Shown here in pieces: positions 34,568-42,099 of a stretch of DNA of 63,911 bases (positions are counted from its first letter, which is position 1; each line of letters opens with the position of its first letter). The stretch is taken from positions 1-63,911 of the IMG/VR virus record IMGVR_UViG_3300012940_000021. One strand, given 5' to 3'. The DNA comes from a virus (taxonomy: Duplodnaviria > Heunggongvirae > Uroviricota > Caudoviricetes). The notes under the pieces are model-generated. The model saw nothing but the letters and a program-made list of their open reading frames with translations, was not told where the DNA came from and did not search any database. A program made the position numbers and the translations under genes.

Positions 34568-35563
34568 TCACCAGAAAGCGACAACGGTCTCCAGGACTCC
34601 AGTTGTCTGCCCAGCACGGTACGCCTCATCTGCGACGGCGAGGACCTTTCGGATGGCAAGTCGCCGCTTGGCGTCGTAGTGCTTGGCCACCGGCAGGATC
34701 TCCTTCACGAGGAAGCCCTGGGACCCCGCAGCTCGGGCGATCTCGTAGGGAGCCTTCCGCTCGACGTGCATGTCGTGGACGAGTCCGGCGAGGTCGAGCC
34801 GGGAGTCGAGGAACCCGATGGTGCGCCCGTAGTCCTCGGGCTGGAGGTCCCGGAGCGCCAGGAGGGCACCCTTCTTGTCGAGCGCCAGGAGCGAGTCCGC
34901 GAAGGTGTCTCGGGGGCGCTCGACCAGGAGCGCATTCACGACCGAGATCGTGATCTCGCCGGGGAAGACCGCGAGCTTGCGGCACACGTCGCGGACGAGG
35001 CGCAGGTCGAAGTTCGACCGCAGGAGCAGGTGCTTGGCCACTCCCTCCCGCATCTTCACCTTGGACTGAACCCACTCGATGGAGTACTGGGCCGTGGCGC
35101 TCGTGTACGGGCGGCACTCGATGACGTAGCCCTTGGTGCCGATGGCCGCGATGTGCGCTGGAGGCTTCGCCCGCTCGCCCTTCTTGCGCTCCTCCGGCGT
35201 GGGTTCGACCTTCGGGATGCGTTCCTCGTTCGAGACCAGGACGAGGTAGGTCCGGGGGTTCAGCGTGCGGTACTTGATCCACTCCTCGAACCGGTCCCAG
35301 CGCTCCAGCTTCTCGGCGTTGCGGATGACCAGGAGGCGGGGGGAGCCGCCAAGCGGATGCTGGTCGGCCTCGTTCCAGATCCGCCGCTCAGAATCTTCTC
35401 CGGCGACGAGAGGCACGTAGTTCCACGGCTCCGGCCCGAGGTAGTCCCGGATCTGCTCCACCACGTCTTCGACCAGGACTCGCTCGTCGCCACAGACCCA
35501 GGTGATCTGGCGAGGCTCGGGCTTCTTGGCGATGGCGCGTCGCCACTGATTGAACGAGGCCAT
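34568..35563 (-). CDS. DNA polymerase III delta (HolA)-like clamp-loader subunit
   Basis: ITWVCGDE..LVED; PLGGSPRLLVIRNAE; helical lid; lies next to a delta'-like gene. Confidence 0.6.
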   Translation of the reverse strand: MASFNQWRRAIAKKPEPRQITWVCGDERVLVEDVVEQIRDYLGPEPWNYVPLVAGEDSERRIWNEADQHPLGGSPRLLVIRNAEKLERWDRFEEWIKYRTLNPRTYLVLVSNEERIPKVEPTPEERKKGERAKPPAHIAAIGTKGYVIECRPYTSATAQYSIEWVQSKVKMREGVAKHLLLRSNFDLRLVRDVCRKLAVFPGEITISVVNALLVERPRDTFADSLLALDKKGALLALRDLQPEDYGRTIGFLDSRLDLAGLVHDMHVERKAPYEIARAAGSQGFLVKEILPVAKHYDAKRRLAIRKVLAVADEAYRAGQTTGVLETVVAFW

Positions 35564-35901
35564 CAGGCGTGCGGCAGGACCTTGGTGCAGGAGGCGCAGG
35601 CCACGCCGGAGATGGGCAGGAGGGGGTTGTCGGCCCGCTGCACCTTGGACACGATGTCGCCGCGCTTCACCCGGTGGTCGTAGTCGATGGTGCAAACGCC
35701 GCTGTACTGCGCGGCGAAGGTCCGCCCGATGCGCTCGTACTCCGCGTTGGCGTCTTCGTCCGCGAACCCGACGCCGGGCAGGTGCTCGTCCCCGAGCTTG
35801 TCGCCCTTGCAGTGGGCACAGAACACTCGGGGCAGGCCGGACTGCTCGCACTCCTCGAACTGATCGTCGGGGATCTCGCCCGTGCTCGGATTGATGCTCA
35901 T
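35563..35901 (-). CDS. Cys-rich small protein
   Basis: C...CAHC...C...CASC. Confidence 0.6.
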   Translation of the reverse strand: MSINPSTGEIPDDQFEECEQSGLPRVFCAHCKGDKLGDEHLPGVGFADEDANAEYERIGRTFAAQYSGVCTIDYDHRVKRGDIVSKVQRADNPLLPISGVACASCTKVLPHA

Positions 35902-36686
35902 GCGGACTCCTTCAGGACGGACATGAGACTGGCGTGGATCACCAGTCGGGGCCGGATGTTGGCCCGGAGCTTCACCAGGATGTCGAGAGCCACCTTGGAT
36001 CGGAGTCCCTCGACCTCGGCAGCCTGGAAGACCTTCCAGCGCTGCGTGAGGGCCTCTCGGCAGAGCTGCGCGAGCAACTCGGTGTGCTGCTCCTCCCAGC
36101 GCGAGGCGAGGTTGTCCAGGGCATCCTCATCCCGCTCCTGGAGCGCTCGGAGAGCGGCGAGCACGACGACCTTCGCCTCACTGCCCTCGGCGTGCATGAG
36201 CGCGGTGGAGACCTGCCCTCCCGAGAGTCTGGCAAGGTTTGACGCTACCCCCGGCGAGAACTTCTTGCGGAGCAGGATCTCCTCGACCTCCGCCGTCGTG
36301 AGCAGAGGGAAGCGAAGGATGTCACACCGGCTGGCGATGGTCTCGGGAGGCATCTCCGACGCGATGAGGATGAACCTCGTCGTCGGTGGAGCCTCCTCCA
36401 GCGTCTTCAGGAGCACGGAGAGTGCCGCGTAAGAGGCTCCATCCAGGTCGATCATGAAGACTCGGGTGTGCCCGACCGGGGCGACGTGAGAGTCGTGCAT
36501 GATACGACGGGCCGAATCGACCGTCAAGTCCCTCGAACGGATGACATCTGCCCCCGTAATCTCGTGCTCGCGGAGGACTTCGAACGCCAGCGTGGTCTTG
36601 CCGACGGAAGTCGGGCCGACGAGGAGAGACACCGGAGGGAGAGCGGCTTTGAGTCGAGCCAGATGCCCCCCGTGACCTACGACCAC
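35898..36686 (-). CDS. DNA polymerase III delta' (HolB)-like AAA+ clamp-loader subunit
   Basis: LLVGPTSVGKTT; LLKTLEEAPPTTRFILIA; PETIASRC. Confidence 0.78.
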   Translation of the reverse strand: MVVGHGGHLARLKAALPPVSLLVGPTSVGKTTLAFEVLREHEITGADVIRSRDLTVDSARRIMHDSHVAPVGHTRVFMIDLDGASYAALSVLLKTLEEAPPTTRFILIASEMPPETIASRCDILRFPLLTTAEVEEILLRKKFSPGVASNLARLSGGQVSTALMHAEGSEAKVVVLAALRALQERDEDALDNLASRWEEQHTELLAQLCREALTQRWKVFQAAEVEGLRSKVALDILVKLRANIRPRLVIHASLMSVLKESA

Positions 36687-37426
36687 TAGCGATCCTGCAA
36701 CACGACGCTGACCTCCGCACGGAGGCGCTTCATCCAGTTCTGGATGCTGGTCTTCGACACCCCGAACTCAACGGCGAGCGCTGCGGTGTCCACTCGACCC
36801 TCCTCCTGAGCCTGGGCCTGAACGGCGTCGAAGAAGGCAACGAGATCGCACTGGTCCTGTGCGTTGCGCGGAGCGACGGTTGCGAGCCGACTCCTGATCG
36901 AGCGAACGAGATCCTGCTCGTACAGCTCGTCGTGCTCGTCCTCGATGACGGGCTGGTGCAGCTCGATCCAGGTCGCTTCGTGGCCGGTGTCCGAGTAGAC
37001 GAACATCACCGTTTCGGTGGAGAGACCTTCGCGGACCCGCATGATGGCCTGGCGCTCACGGAAGTGCCGGACGTAGGACTTCACGAAGCCCGAGAGGAAC
37101 GTGCGGAAGACGGCACGCCGGGTGACGCCTCCGTAGCTCGTCGTGTAGCCCGTGTCGAAGTCGGACAGGGCGTCGTGCTCGAAGAACTTCATGAGGATGC
37201 TCTGAGCCACGTCCTCGGCGTTCTCCTGCTCGATGCCGAACGAAGCGACAAGGCGGACGACGTACTCGTAGTAGTGCGAGTACATGTCCTCGAACGACTC
37301 GGGAACGTAGTCCCCCCTCAGCCGTTCCTTCAGTGCGAGCTGCCGCTTGTCGAACGAGTGCATCGAGAGTCGGCTGACCTGGACCTGAGACAGTCTTGCC
37401 ACAGGAACCTCCTTCAAGTTGACCAT
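36686..37426 (-). CDS. ECF-like sigma factor or sigma-fold regulator
   Basis: Region-2-like AEDVAQSILMKF...FRTFL; C-terminal HTH LAVEFGVSKTSIQNWMKRL. Confidence 0.6.
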   Translation of the reverse strand: MVNLKEVPVARLSQVQVSRLSMHSFDKRQLALKERLRGDYVPESFEDMYSHYYEYVVRLVASFGIEQENAEDVAQSILMKFFEHDALSDFDTGYTTSYGGVTRRAVFRTFLSGFVKSYVRHFRERQAIMRVREGLSTETVMFVYSDTGHEATWIELHQPVIEDEHDELYEQDLVRSIRSRLATVAPRNAQDQCDLVAFFDAVQAQAQEEGRVDTAALAVEFGVSKTSIQNWMKRLRAEVSVVLQDR

Positions 37427-37572
37427 TTAGTTTTCAGAAATGAGAACGGCGGACCTCCGAGGAGATCCGCCGCTCAACAAGTAGGTCAACTTGTAGGAGG
37501 TCGCCCCTCCGAGAAGGGGAACCACTTGCCTCCGACTATACCAGTTGACCGTGAGTTTCGCGGCGTTCGGAA

Positions 37573-38088
37573 TCAAGCCGAAGCGAAGGTGACCATCGCC
37601 TCCGGCTTCTCGTTCCAGGTGCAGAGCCGCGCCGCCGTGGGGCTGATCTGCTCCTGAACCGTCCGAACTACCTCGGGGTCGTCGTCGTAAAGTACCACGT
37701 CCTCAGGACTCCGCAAGCTGACGATCCGACGGATGGTCTCGACCTTGAAGTCCGCGAGCCGGACCTCGGGCCACTCCGGGGCGTCCTGGAGCAGGCCGTC
37801 CTTGATCCAGATCGGCTCGCGCATGTAGAGCACTCCGAACGGGAACTCGTGGGTGGCGAGCCACGCCTCCGTGACCTCACGGAGCGCCGACCGACGGCCC
37901 GTGAGGTAGGCGATGGTCCAGCCGTCGTCCTGGAGGCTGCGAACGAGATCCTGACCTTCGGTCCACACCGAGTCAGCGCCCATGCGCTCGGGCCGGAAGT
38001 ACTCGACCCACTCCTTGGCGAGGGCGTACTGAATCCGGTGGTTGTCGTTGGCGACGACTCCATCGAGGTCGATGAGTGCGAGCTTCAT
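37573..38088 (-). CDS. HAD-family phosphatase (PNKP phosphatase-like)
   Basis: LIDLDGVV, YLTGR, LYMR, YDDD. Confidence 0.78.
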   Translation of the reverse strand: MKLALIDLDGVVANDNHRIQYALAKEWVEYFRPERMGADSVWTEGQDLVRSLQDDGWTIAYLTGRRSALREVTEAWLATHEFPFGVLYMREPIWIKDGLLQDAPEWPEVRLADFKVETIRRIVSLRSPEDVVLYDDDPEVVRTVQEQISPTAARLCTWNEKPEAMVTFASA

Positions 38089-38121
38089 GGTGCCTCCTGG
38101 GGCTTGATGATCGGTCAGGAT

Positions 38122-38165
38122 TGGTGCCTGCCGAGGACTCGAACCTCGGTGTCTGCCCGTCAGGC
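38122..38165 (-). ncRNA. tRNA-like minihelix ending in ACCA
   Basis: GCCTG/CAGGC plus CCGAGG-TTCGAGT-CCTCGG plus ACCA. Confidence 0.45.
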
Positions 38166-38178
38166 GATGCCGGTTCGG

Positions 38179-38472
38179 CTAGGCGAGCCGCCAGAAGCCG
38201 ACGGGGGTGCCGTCGCCGTTCTGGAACTCGGCGTTGTCCGCGACCTGGCCCTCGAAGGGCACGTTGAGTCGCGGGGTGAAGTGGCCCTTCGAGAACTCCC
38301 AGACCACGATGTGGAGCTGGCCCTCGGAGAGGGTCGGGAGGGAGTGACCCTCCTCCACCGTGTCCGGCGTGCCGACGACGAACGCGGCCTTGGCAAGGCC
38401 CTTCGTGCCGACGTACTGGACCGGCTGCCCGAGGGTGACCTTCGGGAGCTTGACCTTCGCGCCATCCGCCAT
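38179..38472 (-). CDS. Hypothetical protein
   Basis: GGAGG RBS after an operator-1 promoter. Confidence 0.7.
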   Translation of the reverse strand: MADGAKVKLPKVTLGQPVQYVGTKGLAKAAFVVGTPDTVEEGHSLPTLSEGQLHIVVWEFSKGHFTPRLNVPFEGQVADNAEFQNGDGTPVGFWRLA

Positions 38473-38554
38473 GTTGACCTCCTTGTTCGGGGTGTTGTTT
38501 CGAAAAACAACCTGACAAGGAGAGACTAGCAGGGTCAGATGACAATTGCAATCC

Positions 38555-38803
38555 TCACCCCGAAGACACTTCGGCCTCCGACTCTCGACGCGCCTCCAGC
38601 TCCTTCTGGATCTCCGAGAGGCTCACCACGTACATGGGCTTCGTACCGATCTGATGAAGAGTCCGGTATCCCCCAGGCTTCCCCTGAGCGCCGAGCTTGG
38701 CGCGCTTGTACGAGTGCTGACGGGTGATCCCCAGGATCTCCGCCGCCTCGGTGAGATTGACCCAGCCCTCCAGGACCGGGACGTTTTCGAGCTTGGCGCT
38801 CAC
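38555..38803 (-). CDS. HTH DNA-binding protein (excisionase/AlpA-like)
   Basis: WVNLTEAAEILGITRQHSYK. Confidence 0.7.
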   Translation of the reverse strand: MSAKLENVPVLEGWVNLTEAAEILGITRQHSYKRAKLGAQGKPGGYRTLHQIGTKPMYVVSLSEIQKELEARRESEAEVSSG

Positions 38804-39417
38804 GATTGTCCTCCCAACGCTTGTCGCATGGCTTGCTTGCTGACGGACAGCCACTTTCGGGCGTCCTCCTCCGTGCGGAGCCGGGCCAGCAGGGCCAGGC
38901 ACTCGCGGAGCTTGGTGGCCACCTTGTCCTCGAACTGACGATCCTCCCAGTCGGGGGCCATGCGAGCGCAGGCGACCTTCAGGGCGTCGGTCAGGTCCTC
39001 GGTGTTGATGGTGACCGTGGTCTCGGTGAGAGCCTTCCAGCGCGCCTCGTAGTCCGGCGCGACGTAGTTGGTCTCTTCCAGGATGGATTCGGCTGCCTGG
39101 ACCTCGGTGATGCCGCGATCCATGGCGATGAGCTTCACGGGCGTGAAGTAGCCGCACCCGGCGAAGCACCAGGCGCTGTTGGTGCCGGGGTAGATCCTCA
39201 TGGCTTTCGAGGACCCGCCGTCGGCGTGGTACAGGTGACCGAACGGGCAGTACACCTTCAGCGACTGGACGGAGAAGTCGAACACGTCCATCCCGAGGGC
39301 GTTGCACGCCTCGATGATCGACATCCGCTCGTTGGCCAGCGCGATGACGTTGATGCGCTCCTCGACCATCACGTCTGTCTCCTCCGCCGCCGTTGGAGAA
39401 TCTTCTTCCCGAGCCAC
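38800..39417 (-). CDS. Primase-type (CHC2-like) zinc-finger protein
   Basis: CPFGHLYH.DG...MRIY...AWCFAGC; no TOPRIM domain visible. Confidence 0.7.
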   Translation of the reverse strand: MAREEDSPTAAEETDVMVEERINVIALANERMSIIEACNALGMDVFDFSVQSLKVYCPFGHLYHADGGSSKAMRIYPGTNSAWCFAGCGYFTPVKLIAMDRGITEVQAAESILEETNYVAPDYEARWKALTETTVTINTEDLTDALKVACARMAPDWEDRQFEDKVATKLRECLALLARLRTEEDARKWLSVSKQAMRQALGGQS

Positions 39418-39536
39418 CCCGCACCGAGCGCGAGCGTCGCCCAGAAGACGACCTCAATGACAATGGCCACCGCAACGATGACGGGCATCAGCGGTGGCAG
39501 GAACTCCTCGAAGAACCAGGGGAAGAAGTCGTTCAT
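39369..39536 (-). CDS. Small membrane protein
   Basis: Hydrophobic helix and basic tail. Confidence 0.55.
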   Translation of the reverse strand: MNDFFPWFFEEFLPPLMPVIVAVAIVIEVVFWATLALGAGWLGKKILQRRRRRQT

Positions 39537-39976
39537 GGCTTCGGCTTCCGCAGCTTGAAGAGGAGTCCGTAGGTGTACTTCACGTTCTCCTCCTCCCTCG
39601 TCTTTCGCACTCCTGGACGCCGCACGAACGTGCCTCCGCGCCGGAGCGACCACCAGAAGTACCCGCGCTCGATGACCTTGGCCTGGCGCAGGCCCCAGAG
39701 CAGCCAGAAGAGCCGCCAGAACGAGATCCCCTCCTCGGGGAAGTCCAGGTACAGGTGGCCGTGGCCAGGCGTCGAGGAGGGGATGTAGCGGTGCGGGAAG
39801 TCCAGGTCGATGATGGGAAGGTGGCGTCGGGTCCCAACGATGTGACTCGACACCACGTTCGCATCGGTGTCGTTCGGCTGCCGGTCCTCGTAGTGGCGGT
39901 ACTTCAGCATCGACAGCACCATCGGCTCATCCACGATGTCCAGGTGGTCTACGTGCCACGTCTGGCGCTCACGCAC
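39533..39976 (-). CDS. Hypothetical protein
   Basis: HLPIIDLD...SSTPGHGHLYLD. Confidence 0.6.
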   Translation of the reverse strand: MRERQTWHVDHLDIVDEPMVLSMLKYRHYEDRQPNDTDANVVSSHIVGTRRHLPIIDLDFPHRYIPSSTPGHGHLYLDFPEEGISFWRLFWLLWGLRQAKVIERGYFWWSLRRGGTFVRRPGVRKTREEENVKYTYGLLFKLRKPKP

Positions 39977-40130
39977 GGTGCCTCCCCCGCCGCCGACGGC
40001 GCAGCCGGATGAGGTCCACGACGAGCATGATCGGAACGACAAGGATGAGGTAGAAGAGCGCGGCGAAGATCTCGAAGATGGCCCGAAGGCCGTCCTCGCT
40101 CTCCTCGATCATCCGCACCGGCTCGGCCAT
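39969..40130 (-). CDS. Small membrane protein
   Basis: Hydrophobic helix followed by an Arg run. Confidence 0.55.
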   Translation of the reverse strand: MAEPVRMIEESEDGLRAIFEIFAALFYLILVVPIMLVVDLIRLRRRRRGRHRA

Positions 40131-40612
40131 CAGAACCGCCCCGCGCAGATCGGGCCGAGGCCGCGCTCCAGCGACTCCTGGTCGCTGAGGGGCGAGCCGC
40201 ACACGGCGCAGATGGTGAACTCCTTCGAGAAGCGGACCGCCGCCTCCTGCGGGTTAGCCGCGATGGCCTCCAGCACGGCCTTGCGCTCGATCCCCTTCAG
40301 GGGGCGCTTCTGCCAGTCGCCGGGGTGCCCGATGAGCAGGTCCACGAAGCGGAAGCCGTCCCAGCGGGTGCCTGCCTTGCCGATGCGGACCCGGTAGAAC
40401 TTCAGCTCGCCGTCGCGCTCCAGGCAGTACTGGGACGCGGGCACGTCAAGGCTGAGCGCCATCGGACGGAAGTCCTTCGACTCCACGTAGCGCTGGGCGA
40501 TGGGAGACACCTTCGGGGCCTCCTGGGTCAGCGTCGAGTACTTGGCCGCGTAGCACTGCTTGATGTGCTCCACGGTCATCCCTTCCTGCTGGCAGCTTCC
40601 GCACTTCGCCAT
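40130..40612 (-). CDS. DUF6011-like zinc-ribbon protein
   Basis: CAVCGSPLSDQESLERGLGPIC. Confidence 0.7.
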   Translation of the reverse strand: MAKCGSCQQEGMTVEHIKQCYAAKYSTLTQEAPKVSPIAQRYVESKDFRPMALSLDVPASQYCLERDGELKFYRVRIGKAGTRWDGFRFVDLLIGHPGDWQKRPLKGIERKAVLEAIAANPQEAAVRFSKEFTICAVCGSPLSDQESLERGLGPICAGRF

Positions 40613-40670
40613 GGTGACCTCCTCGTGTTGACCTACACCGAGTCTACCAGACTTGGATTGCAATTGCCAT

Positions 40671-41378
40671 CTATTGCGGTCGCTCTTTCGCCAGCAGTTC
40701 GCGGACGCGACGCTTGACGATCTCCCCGTACTCCTCGATGCTCTCGATGCCCACCGCGCTACGTCCGAGCGTGTGCGCGGCGATCAGCGTGGACCCAGAT
40801 CCGGCGAACGGATCGAGGATGGTCTGACCGGGCTGGGAGAAGATTTCGACCAGAGGGCGCATCCAGCTCTGGGGCTTGGTCGTGGGGTGCTCGCTCTCGC
40901 CTCGGGTCTTCGGGATGTCGAAGAAGTTGGTGTACTTCCGCTCCGGGTTGATCTCGGAGACCCCGCCCTTCTTCCGCATCCAGACCGCCATCTCGTAGCG
41001 CGGGGCGAGCGTGGTCTTGCTCTTGGCGAAGGAGGAGCCGCCCTTGAAGACGAGGTAGTCCATGACCTGGAACCCCGCCTTCTTGGCGTGCTGGATCATC
41101 TCGTCCATCGTGCGGTTGCCACAGAAGGCGACGAGCGAGCCGCCCTTCGGCAGCGACTTGAAGATCCCGTCGAAGGCTGGCTCCAGAAGCAGGCGGAACT
41201 GCTCGGGGTCGTGGTCGTAGTAGCCCCGCGTGTGCGTGCCCTTCTCGTGGTAGTTGGCCGCGATCTGTCCGAGCATCTCGCCCTTCTTGTCCACGGCGTA
41301 GGGCGGGTCGGTGATGCACACGTCGGCCTCGATGGGCAGAATCTCCCGGCAGTCCCCTACCTTGAACTTCAGGCTCAC
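40671..41378 (-). CDS. DNA amino-methyltransferase (N6-A/N4-C, beta class)
   Basis: TDPPY precedes HPTTKP and LDPFAGSGST. Confidence 0.9.
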   Translation of the reverse strand: MSLKFKVGDCREILPIEADVCITDPPYAVDKKGEMLGQIAANYHEKGTHTRGYYDHDPEQFRLLLEPAFDGIFKSLPKGGSLVAFCGNRTMDEMIQHAKKAGFQVMDYLVFKGGSSFAKSKTTLAPRYEMAVWMRKKGGVSEINPERKYTNFFDIPKTRGESEHPTTKPQSWMRPLVEIFSQPGQTILDPFAGSGSTLIAAHTLGRSAVGIESIEEYGEIVKRRVRELLAKERPQ

Positions 41379-42082
41379 GGGGCCACCCGCCCGTGCCGGA
41401 TGAAGGCGGCGTGGGTGTGCGGCATCCGGGTGGCGAAGTGGTGCTCGATCTGCTCGGCCCCCATCTCGATCTCCCGCTGAGGCCGGGTGCGGTAGGCCGC
41501 ATCTGGAGAGTCCACCCGCAGGCTCAGGAAGTTCATGATCGACCGGGCGTTGGCCGTCCAGTACATCTGCGAGTAGGTCGAGACCGGCAGCACCGAGCGG
41601 GCGATCTCGTTGGCGACTCCGGCCTCCAGGCGGCGCTCGTACTCGGCCCACGCGGTGGCAGCCACGAGGCGGTCGCCGTAGCGGACCATCGAGAGCTGCT
41701 TCTCCGTGCCGGGGGCGAACTCCGGTCGCGCACTGGTGCCGACGTTCACGAGCTTGCGGTCCACGCCGGGCGTGTAGAAGTGCGGGATCAGCTTCGTGTA
41801 GCGCCCGCTCATCTCGTTGATGCTGGCGATCCGGTGACGGTGCCACTCGCGGAAGACGAAGATCGGAGCCTCCACGAAGAAGGTGAACGAGTTGTGCTCG
41901 AACGGGGACCCGTGCCGCCCCTCCATGAGGTAGTTGATGAGCCGGGCCGGGTCGGTGTCGGGGTTGTTCTCCCCCTTCACGGAGACCTGCGCGGCCTGGA
42001 CCACGAAGTCGTCCTCGGCGCTCGCTCGGATGAGCTTGACCACCACGTCCGAGCGGAGGGTGATCTTGGATTCGTCGGCCAT
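41375..42082 (-). CDS. thyX: Flavin-dependent thymidylate synthase
   Basis: HGSPFEH; FREWHRHRIASINEMSGRY. Confidence 0.92.
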   Translation of the reverse strand: MADESKITLRSDVVVKLIRASAEDDFVVQAAQVSVKGENNPDTDPARLINYLMEGRHGSPFEHNSFTFFVEAPIFVFREWHRHRIASINEMSGRYTKLIPHFYTPGVDRKLVNVGTSARPEFAPGTEKQLSMVRYGDRLVAATAWAEYERRLEAGVANEIARSVLPVSTYSQMYWTANARSIMNFLSLRVDSPDAAYRTRPQREIEMGAEQIEHHFATRMPHTHAAFIRHGRVAP

Positions 42083-42099
42083 CAGAGTGGCTCCTTTCA

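Noticed and set aside
38122-38165. Calling this a definite attP or a prophage boundary
   Set aside because: No integrase in the window and no host sequence to compare; kept only as an alternative
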